Source of the DNA: Octopus bimaculoides | Lineage: Eukaryota | Length of the DNA stretch: 36,224 nucleotides | Assembly: GCF_001194135.2 (NCBI RefSeq) | Contig: NC_068993.1 | Span: forward strand, 13,167,380-13,203,603 | Direction: 5' to 3' | In this document: one piece after another, positions 12,209-23,928 of the stretch | Numbering within the stretch: the stretch's first letter is position 1 | How the letters are laid out: every line of letters starts with the position of its first letter | The notes under the pieces: model-generated | Database searches by the model: none | Told to the model about the DNA's origin: nothing | The model's input: the letters and a program-made list of their open reading frames with translations, nothing else | Program-made: the position numbers and the translations under genes

Positions 12209-12426
12209 AGGCGGTGAGTAGGCAGAAACGTTAGCACGCCGGGCGAAATGCTTAGCGTTATTTCGTCTGTCTTTACGTTCTGAGTTCAAATTCCATCGAG
12301 GTTGACTTTGCCTTTCATCCTTTCGGGATCGATAAATTAAGTACCAGTTGCGTAACTGGAGTCCATCTAATCGACTGGCTCCCTCCCCCAAAATTTCGGG
12401 CGCTGTGCCTAGAGTAGCAAAGGATA
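12209..12426 (+). mobile_element. Full-length, well-preserved family A tRNA-SINE with a 14-bp TSD
   Basis: Head AGGCGGTGAGTAGGCAGAAACGTTAGC and B-box GAGTTCAAATTCC (12282-12294). Flanked by ACTCAATACCACTA (12195-12208) and ACTCAATACTACTA (12427-12440). Confidence 0.95.
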
Positions 12427-13050
12427 ACTCAATACTACTACTTCATCAGCAGCAACAGCAGTAGCAGTAGTAGTAGTAGTAGATGACTTTGGTCATTGGC
12501 CCACTCTGCCAGAGATGGCCAGAGGCTAGACAACGTGTACAAAAACAGCCATGAACGCAGTATTTAGCAAGAACGGATAATTGACAAAGGTGCGAGTTAC
12601 TTTTTGTAGTGGACAGTTGTTGTCTTTTAAATCGAATCCTAAATAATGAAGAAATATAGGCAAGATGGTTCTCAGTAGAACTTGAAACCGAAAAAAACTA
12701 ATGGAACGTGATGAAAAAAGAAAACATGTTGTTCTGCTATTCAAATTTTTCCGATTTTTCAACGACTTCCAGAAAAATAGGATTCGCCATAAAGATAGCA
12801 ATTGTGAATAACATAGATACATCGCTACTTCATAACTTAATTATTTATTTAAGTAAGGTTTGGAGCAGACGATTAAATCAACATATGTATTTGTAGTTTA
12901 TTTTATAGACACAGGAAGGATGAAAGATGAATTGATGTCAGATGTAAAAATAAGGTACGAATAGAAAAAAAGAAAAAAGAAAAAGAAACAGAAAATGACG
13001 CAAAGTACTTTGAGTCCCGATACATTTCTGCGAATCCATAAACCACAGTT

Positions 13051-13264
13051 CATAATGGCTTCACATTTTGGCACAACGCCAGCAATTTCGGAGGGAAAGG
13101 TTAAGTCAATTTCATCGACCTCAGAGCTCAATTATTTTATTGACTCCGAAAGGATGAAAGGCAAAGTCGGCCTAGGCGGAATTTGAACTCAGAACGTAAA
13201 GACAGATGAAATGGCGATAAACATTTAGTCCGGCGTGCGTTACGATTTTGCCAGCTCACCGCCT
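13051..13264 (-). mobile_element. Family A SINE with a 12-bp TSD
   Basis: The reverse complement aligns to the 12209 copy. TAAACCACAGTT occurs at 13039-13050 and 13265-13276. Confidence 0.92.
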
Positions 13265-13299
13265 TAAACCACAGTTAATAATAATAATAATAATGATAA

Positions 13300-13512
13300 T
13301 AATATATAATCCTTTCTAATGTAGGCACAAGGCCCAAAATATTTTTGAATGGGAGATTGTTGATTATATGTGACGGGCGTATTTCATCGATCCCTAAAGG
13401 ATGAAAGACAAAATACCCTTCGGTCAGATTTGAACCCAGAACACAAGGTGACAAAGTAAATGCTTAAATGTACCTTTGCCGATGCCCTAACGAAACTATC
13501 AGCTCACTGCAT
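13300..13512 (-). mobile_element. Family A SINE (older) with an (AAT)n tail at 13277-13305
   Basis: ATCCTTTCTAATGTAGGCACAAGGCC tail end, ATTTCATCGATCCCTAAAGGATGAAAGACAAA and ATTTGAACCCAGAAC. Confidence 0.75.
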
Positions 13513-13574
13513 TGGTTGGTGATTGAGACAACCAGGTATAAAATTTGGAAAAAGGGGATAGACGATACCCACAA

Positions 13575-13730
13575 CAGAAGTATTTAATTGGTATTTTATT
13601 TCATCAACCCCGGAGGCGTCGAGAGTCAAAGTTGGCTTCGGTAAGCATTTCAATTCAGGAAATAAAGAATGGGAACAAATAGCAGAAGGCATTTTTCCAA
13701 CGATGATGCTAATTCGCCACCAATACTACG
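13575..13730 (-). mobile_element. Heavily diverged family A SINE
   Basis: ATTGGTATTTTATTTCATCAACCCCGGAGG...CAAAGTTGGCTTCGG. Confidence 0.5.
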
Positions 13731-13959
13731 AGCAAGGACAGGAGCAGCAACATCTGAAGCTGCGATAGGATTTACAATAAATTTGAATCGTAGCAACAGA
13801 CAGTGGATAACTTCAATTATATGAAAATGTACGGAAGAATGGAAGTGTATTTAAATAGAAGAAATGAAAAGAAGAAAAACAAAAATGAGAAAATTTGCGA
13901 ACAATAGATTTAAGCAAAAATAACTAATGTATCTAATGTTTGTAAAATGTAAACATAAA

Positions 13960-14082
13960 GCACACATACACACACACACACACAGAGGAGCACACATATA
14001 CATACATGTGTATACATACGTGTGCATGTGTGTATATATATGTATATACACATATGTGTGCATGTATGGGTATGTGTGCGTG

Positions 14083-14128
<46 letters not shown>

Positions 14129-14300
14129 AGCACATACGTATGCTTAGAAATGTGTATGCATATATACACATACAAATATACATGCACACAAATTACAAAC
14201 ACGCGTTTATACATACATGTACACAGATAGATAGATAGATAAAGAGAGATATACATAAAAGTATACCTCAGCTTGTGTATATGCATGTATGTGTGTAAGT
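13960..14300. repeat. (CA)/(TA)/(TG) mixed low-complexity tract
   Basis: Direct reading. Confidence 0.85.
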
Positions 14301-14606
14301 GTATGAGAGCGTGTTCTCTCCTTATGTATGTCTTCCAGGCCTATGTTGTACGTTTAATTGGATAAGGCCACAACATTTACCTGCGCAACTGATCAACACA
14401 GATCGATATGACCTGTAATAACCACAGTAAAAATCTTGTTCCATTGTTGATAACACTTTGTATCCATGACAACCTCGTGCAGATACGTCGACTAGTTCAC
14501 TATTTTCTCATTTCTCCTTTTAAGCCGGTCTTTTTTGTCTTTTTTTGTTATTTGATATCTTTCGACACACACCTCTCTCTTCGCTCTCTATCTACCTATG
14601 AATCTA

Positions 14607-14643
<37 letters not shown>

Positions 14644-14907
14644 AGTATGTGAGTGTGCGTGCGGATGTATGTGTGTTCTACTATATTATACTTCTAAGCC
14701 TTACTTTATCTTAGAAATCAGTAAAACAACGGTTGATGCACGTCTATAATAAACTGTCATGCATAGACGTATACATCACTTCTCAAACATTAAGATACAT
14801 ACATACATGAAACCAGATTTGCATGTTCATCGAGAGGCTCAGAGATATATCGCTATTTTGCTAAGTACCTACCTACCTACCTACCTACACACATATCTAC
14901 ATGCATG

Positions 14908-14969
14908 CGCACACACACATATGTATATATACGAAGTCACGCACACACACATGTATATATACGAAGTCG
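14908..14969. repeat. Tandem duplication of a ~31-bp unit CGCACACACACAT(AT)GTATATATACGAAGTC
   Basis: Two adjacent near-identical copies. Confidence 0.9.
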
Positions 14970-15222
14970 CGTATTGTCCTTGCCTTCGAAACGCGGAGTA
15001 GATGGAACAGGGACAACTGAGGAAGGGTTATACTCTTTATGTTGCATGTCTCGTTTCTCTGGGTTTTTTTCCTTGTTCGAAAAAAGTTCGTTTTCTGTTT
15101 TCGTCTTCATGTTTTCGTTTCTCATTGTGTTTAACGTTTTTTTTTATGTCCTGTACCCATATATGCAGGTATGTATACATTTAGATGTAGGTATGTACAT
15201 ATATGTATGGATATATTCATAT

Positions 15223-15269
<47 letters not shown>

Positions 15270-16732
15270 AGTCTCCTCATCCAGCATTAAATGGGCATTG
15301 TTTTAATTATCTACATACCTTACTTAGAACTTCTTGTTGACCTTCTCGCCCGAGCAATATAACAATCTATAAATTAAAGTATTGAAAATCACATTCGATT
15401 ACTGACTAATCAATATATTAACCCCACTACTTACTAAATTAATTCGTTTGAGGAAATGCTCAGCTACAGTACATACGTTGATATAAACAACATGAACATC
15501 GAATATTGTATCGTAGTTGAACGCGATTTGTCATTCTTTAACGAATCCATTCGGAACAGAAAATTATGTATGAAAACCACTGATTCCTAACAATGCTAAA
15601 CACGCACTCTCGTCACCTATGAATTTTTAGTACTTGTTTCAAAACACTAATCCGATAGTTTTAGGCAAGGGTCTTCATATCATTATTAAACCATTTTGCC
15701 AACTGAAGATTGCAATTCTCAGCATCTTATCACTTATCACTTCTTTCGATTCTCTCGGTTCTTAAATTGAACTGTTCTAGCCATATATTAACTCCGGAGC
15801 AATAAACCCATTATACAAGGAATCACATTCGACGCAGTGTTCACTTTCTCAGCCCATTCCGGAAAAGTGAAATTCACGTTTAACAAAAGAGCAACATTCT
15901 TAAAGCTTCTTGCAACAAATAATATCCAGCCCTATCCTCCTGCCCCACCATCACCACCTCCTCATTCTCTTCCTCTTTTCTTCCTTCTCCTCTTCATCAC
16001 CATCTTTTTCTTCTTTCTCTTTTTGTGTTACATTTGCTGTATGTAGCCGTCCTTCTCTTTAACTTTCCCCACATTCCAACTTCGTTTAAATTGAACATTC
16101 TCTTCAACAGTATCGCCTTATTTACTTCCGTTCTCATACTTTCATTCCGAACGTCTTTCTTTCAATCCTTCTTTCTTTCTTTCTTCCTTCCTTCATTCTT
16201 TTCCCTCATACATACATACATACACACACACTTTCATTCATACATACATACATACACACCCATATATATACGTACATAGGCACACACACTAGTCCATTTA
16301 CACATCCACTCATAAATACACCGCATACACATAGACGAATACACGCATACACGCACACACACATATACCGTTATACATTATGTGTATGCCCTCAATTATA
16401 GACACACATACACACACACACAAGTGCCCACGCACAGTTACAATCATACATTGACATGTGGCATGCCCACACATATACATACACTCAAGCACACGCACAC
16501 ATACACAACCCTAAATCTAATACTGCATTCACACCAGTACATCTAATACTGCATACACACTTTGTTGCCCTTCTATGTTTTCTAATGTTCACACTTAATC
16601 TTATTCCGTTGCAGTACATTGATTACAATCAGTGTGTTTATTTGTTTAATTTATTTTATTTAGTTTTTCAATTTTCACTCCCTGTTTCTTCATTATCTCC
16701 GTTTAAGTTCATTTTATCTTAAGTTTCAAATC

Positions 16733-16825
16733 CATCATCAACATCATTATCATCGTCGTCATCGTCGTCGACGTCTTCATCATCAACGTCTCCATCTTTG
16801 TCGTCATCGTAGATGCCGTTGTCAC

Positions 16826-16860
<35 letters not shown>

Positions 16861-17200
16861 CCACCATCAGCATCATCATCATCATCACCATCAGCATCAT
16901 CATCAACATGATAGTCATCATCATCATCATTGGTGTGTCTGTCGACGACATTTTTATCATCATCATCATCGTCGTCATCATTATCACTATCGTACTTATT
17001 TTTGTTTTACCGTCATCATCGACGTCTTCGTTCTTCTCGCCGTCGTCGTCAACACCATTATCATCATCATCATCATCATCATTACCACATCATCAACTTC
17101 ATCAGCAGCATCATCATCATCGTCATGAACATAATCATAATAAACCTCATCTTTATCATCATCGGTTTACTTCTTTGTCATCATCCCTTACCCGTTCCCT
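16733..17200. repeat. Long imperfect (CAT/CGT/CAC)n trinucleotide tract
   Basis: Period-3 repeat; yields the poly-His/Ser/Ile and poly-Met ORFs. Confidence 0.92.
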
Positions 17201-17259
17201 CAAGTGTTAATGAGTATTCGCATTATTCAGGTACGCACTCTTCTCATTATCAGCACTTA

Positions 17260-18045
17260 AATTTTCACATTTCATATCTCACAACTCACATTTCACACGC
17301 CGAATCTTAGATTTCACTACTCAGAACATATATCTCATATTTCATATTTCATATTTCATATCTCATATTTCATATCTCATATTTCACATGCCAAATCTTA
17401 CATTCTGCTACTCACAACTGTATTTCATAACTTACATTTTACATCATACTTCTTTCAGTTCACATCTCATATGAAATCATACAATTTACAGCTTATTCAT
17501 TGCATCTAACATCTCACACCTTACAATTTACTACCTGCGCATTCTCCCAATTCACTCATCATATCTAACATCTAAAATCTCGCAGGTCCCTCTCTTTACA
17601 TTTTACATTTCACCATTCTTATCTCTCATCTTAAAGTTTACAGCCCCAAGTCTAAACCATGAATCTAATCCTTCAGATCTTAGACATTACATCTCACGTC
17701 TCCGACCTTCAAATCTTACATTTCATGTCTTAAATTTCACGTTTCCTATCTTCAATCTCATTCTCTCGTACATTCATGGTCGTTCTCATTCTTTTCTCTT
17801 TTGTTTATACACAAACACACACACATCAGAGCAAACACAGAGGAAATTACACATACGTAGGAACACACAGGCACACGTATGTACCTACTAACTCAATCTT
17901 TATGTTACACAACCTTTTTCTATTTGCTAACATCTCACACCTCACACATTACATCTCACTTCCTATATCTTGCATCTGAACAGTCCCAAACATCTTAATC
18001 ATTCTTCGTCTTATCTTTCCAGCATCTCACATCTCATGCACAACA
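17260..18045. repeat. Degenerate heptamer array (consensus about YTCAYAT / ATYTYAC)
   Basis: Eight clean units at 17334-17389, with decayed units (ACATCTC, ACATTTT, AAATCTT) out to ~18040. G-poor on the + strand. Confidence 0.7.
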
Positions 18046-18204
18046 ACTCTCATCCTCTCCCTATCTTCCCCCATCTCTCATTCGTGTTCTCACTGTCACT
18101 CTTCCATTGTTCTCCGGGGTTTTGACTCCCCGCCCCAAATTTTCCGTTGGTTTCCGTTGTTCTTATGAATTCACCGAACCTGTTTATTTGTCTCATTATC
18201 TTCT

Positions 18205-18680
18205 TATTAAAGAAAAAAAAAAGAGAAAAAAATGAACGAAATAAGGAATCAAACACACAAATAAATAAATAAATATATAGATAAACGGCGAGAGAAAGAA
18301 AGCAAACAAGGAACGAAAATGAGAAGAAAGAAAGCAAGAAAATAAATAGAGAGCAAAAAGGAAGTAAGAAAGAGAGAGATAATAGAGAACGAAAGAAAGC
18401 AAAAAGGGGAATGAATGAATGAATGAATGAATGTAAGAAACAAGGATTAGAGAAAGAAAGAAAGAAGGAAGGAAAGTTGGAAGGAATAAATAGAATTAGA
18501 AAAGAAAGAAAAGTAGATTTAATGAAAGACAAAATAAAAGATAATACGCAAATTAAAAAAAAGAATTAAAAACAAAGACAAAATATGAAATAAACTAGAG
18601 AAACAAAACGAAAAAAAAAATAACCTAAAAATATCAAAACAATCGAATAAACGAATGAACGAGGAACGAACGAACGAAAT
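18205..18680. repeat. Purine-rich (GAAA)/(GAAT)/(AAAT)/(CGAA) low-complexity tract
   Basis: Direct reading. Confidence 0.8.
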
Positions 18681-19019
18681 AAAGTGGAAATGCGCCATAT
18701 TTTCTTCTCTGTCTGATCTTATCGTGCTAAAGAAACGAAACATATATAATAGACGTTCATAGAGCGTTGGAGGAAAAATATCTCTTATATTCTGTGCTGT
18801 GACTTTCTAAATTAATTAACTTTGAAAAACTCTTTGTTCACTTGATTAACTTTACTGTTCTCTGTTTTCCTGTCCTCGCTACCATCGTCGCCAGCGTTCT
18901 CTTTTCGCTGCTCCCTTTCCGTCTGATCTTTTCTTCGCCTTTTCTTGTCGCCATTTCTTACTACTAAGACTTTTGGTTCTTGAACGTTTATTTGCAAGCG
19001 TTTCTGTGCGTGTTTGTAT

Positions 19020-19040
19020 GTATGTGTGCGTGCGTTTATA

Positions 19041-19083
<43 letters not shown>

Positions 19084-19140
19084 AACTCCCGTTCTCTCTT
19101 ACTCTCTCTCTCTCTTTCTCTCTCTCTATCTCTCTCTTTT

Positions 19141-19171
<31 letters not shown>

Positions 19172-19239
19172 ATCTATCTATTTATCATCATCAGAAGATA
19201 TATATACAAAGAGAAAGAGAGAGATACGTAGAAAGATAC

Positions 19240-19294
<55 letters not shown>

Positions 19295-19394
19295 ATGTAA
19301 GCATATTTTGTATGATTCTGTGTCAATAATCTTTGTGTGCGTATGTATGTATGTATGCGTGTGTACGTGTGATGTGTGTCTAGAGATGTGAGAC

Positions 19395-19438
<44 letters not shown>

Positions 19439-19440
19439 CG
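19020..19440. repeat. Compound (TATC)n-(CT)n-(TA)n-(TG)n microsatellites
   Basis: Direct reading. Confidence 0.9.
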
Positions 19441-20087
19441 TGGATGTTTGTGAGTGTATATGCGTGTTGCTGTAGTCCTACATAAACATATGTTTTTCAA
19501 CAAACGTTATCACGGTCATTTTCGTTCCATATCTCTTTGGTCTGTCAATCTGCCTGTTTTCCATTTCCTAAACACTCATCAACTAGCAACCCCAACCCGT
19601 CTGTACTCACCCACTTTTTTTTCAGACTTCTCTTCCTCTCTATAGCGCTGTTATGTTTCATTGTTTCATCGTCTCCATTTTTTTTTTATTTTATAAATGC
19701 ATACATATGTATCTGTATACACGCATCCCTACAAGAACGTAAAATTGCCAGAAACCTATGTACATGTGAGCCTCTGTATATATACATATATATATATATG
19801 TATGTATGTATATATGCATGTATGTATGTATGTAGAAAGAGAGAGAGAGAGAAAGAGAGAGAGAGATAGAGAGAGACAGATTGTAATATAGGCATTTGTA
19901 AGTAATATGACAAAGAAATTAATAGTATTCAACATGTCAAAAAACTAAACTTACAACTGGTATGTCTTATTTTTCACTCTCAAAATTAATTCGCAATGTG
20001 TATCTTGTTAAGGATGGTACAAGTCTGTATCAATAATAATATTATAGAACGCGCCATATATATATATATATATATATATATTCTGTT

Positions 20088-20500
20088 ATTCCTTTATTTG
20101 TTTCAGTCATTTGGCTGCGGCCAGGTTGGAGCACAGCCTTTAGTCAAGCAAATCGACCCCAGAGCTTATTCTTTGTAAGCCTAGTAATTATTCTATCGGT
20201 TCTCCTTTGTCGAACCGCTAGCTTACGGGGATGTAAACACACCACCATCGGCTGTCAAGCGATGTTGCGGAGACAAACACAGACACACAAACACACACAC
20301 GCGCACACACACACACACACACAGATATACATTTATATACGACAGGCTTCTTTCAGTGTACGTCTACCAGATCCACTCACAATGCTTTGGTCGGCCCGTG
20401 GGTATAGTAGAAAACACTTGCCCAAGGTGCCACGCAATGGGACTGAACCCATGTGGCCATGTGGTTGGTAATTAAGCTACTTACCACACAGCCACTCCTG
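20088..20500 (-). mobile_element. Full-length family C tRNA-SINE with a CORE-like domain and an internal (TG)n microsatellite
   Basis: Minus strand reads CAGGAGTGGCTGTGTGGTAAG...GGGTTCAGTCCC (A/B boxes), then GGCACCTTGGGCAAGTG (20415-20431; similar to the CORE/MIR motif ACCTTGGGCAAGT), internal (CA)n at 20275-20325, and a 3' half matching 29172-29380. Confidence 0.9.
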
Positions 20501-20829
20501 TTGCTGATAAAAGTGCAATAACTCTTGAAATATGTGTATACACTACTTAATTCTATAGGGATTCTATAGCTTAACATTTACAAATGAGAATATTGCACTG
20601 ATATTAAAAAAGACACAATATTGACTTCTAAACCTTTAATATGCTTCGTAGTATATTTTGGTTGTAATACGAACTGTTATGGTCTTGCTAGTTATTATAT
20701 ATATATATATGTTCAAATTTATATTTCATTGTGTTTCTAAGTCCTTCACATCAATTGAGTTTCATTATTATCGTTGTATCTCATAGAATTCTGCATTCTA
20801 CAGAATCAGGCTTACTAACATAGTTACAT

Positions 20830-20854
20830 GTGTGTGTGTTAGTGAGTTTGCGTG

Positions 20855-20950
<96 letters not shown>
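20830..20950. repeat. (TG)n microsatellite
   Basis: Direct reading. Confidence 0.97.
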
Positions 20951-20951
<1 letters not shown>

Positions 20952-21612
20952 CTGCCTGTGTGCTTTTGTTCCATAGCACGCACCATAGATGCTCCAGCAA
21001 GTAGTGAGGACAAAGCGAATGATTGATAGCTTGTTCTACATAAGGTAGGGGTTACCATCTTAGTGTGAGAAAAAGAAGAATAAGGAGTAGGGTTGGTGGT
21101 GACGATGGTGGCGGTGGCGGTGGTTATAGTAGTAGTAGTAGTAGTAGTAGTAGAGAAGAAGATTACAGAGTAATAAGATGGTTTGGGTTAGAAAAGTTAC
21201 GAAAACGCAAAGAACAGGGGAGATGGAGGTGGTTAGTGGCTATGGTGGTGGGGAAAAAAGTTTTAAACATCTGCAAAGTTAAAGCTTAACAAGGCTAATT
21301 AGTAACTTGTCTTCGTTCCGGCGAGAATTCGTTGGCAAGAAAGGGAACACAACGAGACATCAACAGGGAAGCTACATGGAGGTCAGGTGGGAGGGAGAAG
21401 AGGAAGGGGAAAATATACAAGGCGGAAACAAAAACAAATTAGGAAGACAAAAACTACACACATACATTTACACGCACCTGCAAACACACACAAATATATT
21501 TACTCACGCATTCGAATAGACGCATCTGCACGTATGTACGTGTGTGTGTGTGTGTGTAGAGTGGGATCCTCACATTGTGGTCAATTTCGGTCGGAGCCTT
21601 TGCAATAATAAA

Positions 21613-21967
21613 GGATTCGGCGATCTTTCGATACGAGTCCTAAATATCGGCCTTTTCCGTGAAAAGTGTCTTCGTCGATCTTTACCAAAGATCGCCCTTT
21701 TCCGTAACACCCGCACGATCTTCACTACGGTGTTAGTGTCAGGGTTAGGTTTTTAGCGTTAGGGTTAGTGTTTAGGGTAAGGGTTACGGTTAGGGACGGA
21801 ATTCCCTAACCCAAACCCTAAAACCCAAACTTAAACCCTAACCCTAAACCCTTCAAAAGAAATCGCGCTCTCTGTATCTCTTTCGCTTTTACGACATTGT
21901 TTCCCTCTTTCACTCCAACATTTTTTACGGAAAAGGCCGATCTTTGGTAAAGATCGCCGAAGACACT
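21613..21967. repeat. Fold-back structure: 43-bp inverted arms (21665-21707 / 21925-21967) around head-to-head degenerate telomeric repeats; probable non-autonomous MITE or fold-back element
   Basis: Arms are 41/43 identical as reverse complements. TTAGGG-like array at 21729-21795 and CCCTAA-like array at 21804-21852. The right side is truncated by a gap. Confidence 0.8.
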
Positions 21968-23814
21968 NNNNNNNNNNNNNNNNNNNNNNNNNNNNNNNNN
22001 NNNNNNNNNNNNNNNNNNNNNNNNNNNNNNNNNNNNNNNNNNNNNNNNNNNNNNNNNNNNNNNNNNNNNNNNNNNNNNNNNNNNNNNNNNNNNNNNNNNN
22101 NNNNNNNNNNNNNNNNNNNNNNNNNNNNNNNNNNNNNNNNNNNNNNNNNNNNNNNNNNNNNNNNNNNNNNNNNNNNNNNNNNNNNNNNNNNNNNNNNNNN
22201 NNNNNNNNNNNNNNNNNNNNNNNNNNNNNNNNNNNNNNNNNNNNNNNNNNNNNNNNNNNNNNNNNNNNNNNNNNNNNNNNNNNNNNNNNNNNNNNNNNNN
22301 NNNNNNNNNNNNNNNNNNNNNNNNNNNNNNNNNNNNNNNNNNNNNNNNNNNTGTGTGTGTGTGTGTGTGTGTGCATGTGTGTGTATGCGTAAGAAAATGA
22401 AATGACAAAGGGATAAACGATTATCTCATAACTTCAGTAGCTTACAACTGTTTCTGCTATGAGTTGAGTGCATGAGTAAAACCACACAGCTTCACCGGAG
22501 CCTGAAATATGGATAGTCTAGCACACACACACACATAGACAGAGACCGTTACCTTGCTGGGGTACAATCCATTGTTATTTTGGTTGTTGATATGGATCCT
22601 TGGATTCAGGTACAGTTGTCGGTTCTATTGTCGTACTGTTGCGAGATATAAATTGATGAATTATAGACTAAGATTATAGAATCGATACCAGTTACGTATT
22701 GGACTCGATAAGATAGTTCCATCATCTGGAATATGATTCTTTGTGCCTATTTTAAGAGATAAAGAAGAATAGTGATATAAACAGATCAATGGTGATTCTA
22801 GGAGAGGGAGAGAGTAAGAGAGAAACTAATAACAAACAAACATAAAAATATATAATTGGAAAATATATAACTGGACAAGTTAAAGACAGTCGGGTAATAG
22901 AGAGCGAAAATGACCCCAAGGGCATATGAGCAGAGTCAGACATAACTAATCTAGTAGTGTAAGACCATTTTCTGACATAACTAATGAAAAACAGATATTC
23001 CGGAGAAAGATATTGAAATTGAAATCTAGAGATAAAGCATGGGAAAAACAGGGACGTGTGTGAACAGGGAAAAACAAAGGACGTGTGTGTGTGTTTGTGT
23101 GTGTGTGCGTGTGCGTGCGTGTGTGTGTGTGTGAGTGCGCGCTGTATCTAATAATATTAGTAATATATGGCTTTGTTTTAATCTTGGCTACTGCTGGTTC
23201 TGAAAGTAAAATGAAAGGGAAAATGCAGTATTTAATCCGCGACGCGTTTAAGCTGCTAATATGCTGTCTTCGATTGCAGCCATCGCTATCTCCGTCGATA
23301 GAGGGCGCTTGACAATGAAATCTCGTTTTTCATCGTTTACGTCAATTTTGTTTCGATTCGTACCCCTTACTTCTTTGCGAAGCTGAGCAAATTTAATGTG
23401 TGTGTGCGCGTGCGTATGTATGTATGTATGTATGTGTGTGTAGAGAGAGAGAGACAGAGAGAGAGGCCGAGATGCAAAAAAAAAAGGAAGAGACAAGGAA
23501 AGAAGGCAGGCAAACATGGGGCAGGGGGCATAAGATAGACAAAGATATACCCTAGATATAAATCTAACTATGTCTATATATATATATATTTTCTAAATCA
23601 GCACATTTTGCTGTTGTTCTAATTATAACATTGAAAACACATGCTATATAATACAGAAGTTGTAAATGTAAGAAAGTTAAAAGGTAGATATTACACATCG
23701 CTTAATTACCAACTACGAGATTTTTCTCTGAAATCTGACGTTAGCTTTGTCTTGTGAATTTTCATTCAAAAATCCGAGAGAAAAATATGCGCCTGCGTAA
23801 TCATATTGCTGTTG

Positions 23815-23845
<31 letters not shown>

Positions 23846-23928
23846 TGTGTTTCTGTGTGTGAGGGAGAGACAGAGAGAGAGAGAGTAGTGATGTATGGCT
23901 AGATACGAAGTTACAGTGTATATGTGCG

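Noticed and set aside
16709-16987. Met-rich ORF as a reflectin-like cephalopod protein
   Set aside because: It is just the reverse strand of (CAT)n. It lacks the reflectin M/FD-X5-MD-X5-MD repeat and the Tyr/Arg/Trp-rich linkers.
18050-18215. Minus-strand frame KIMRQINRFGEFIRTTETNGKFGAGSQNPGEQWKSDSENTNERWGKIGRG after a pyrimidine tract as a terminal exon
   Set aside because: The peptide is unrecognised, the ORF is mostly low-complexity, and no supporting upstream exon was found.
18640-18960. YY1-like CGCCATATTT (18693) and CGCCATTT (18949) in a CpG-richer patch as a minus-strand promoter; also ACCGGAAGT plus GGCCATGTT at 501-524
   Set aside because: Short motifs that recur elsewhere in the window (e.g. 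5463), with no downstream exon or TSS evidence.
21613-21707. Repeat-spacer-repeat pattern as a CRISPR-like array
   Set aside because: Only two units, spacers of 7 and 17 nt, a eukaryotic context and no cas genes; better explained as TIR sub-repeats.
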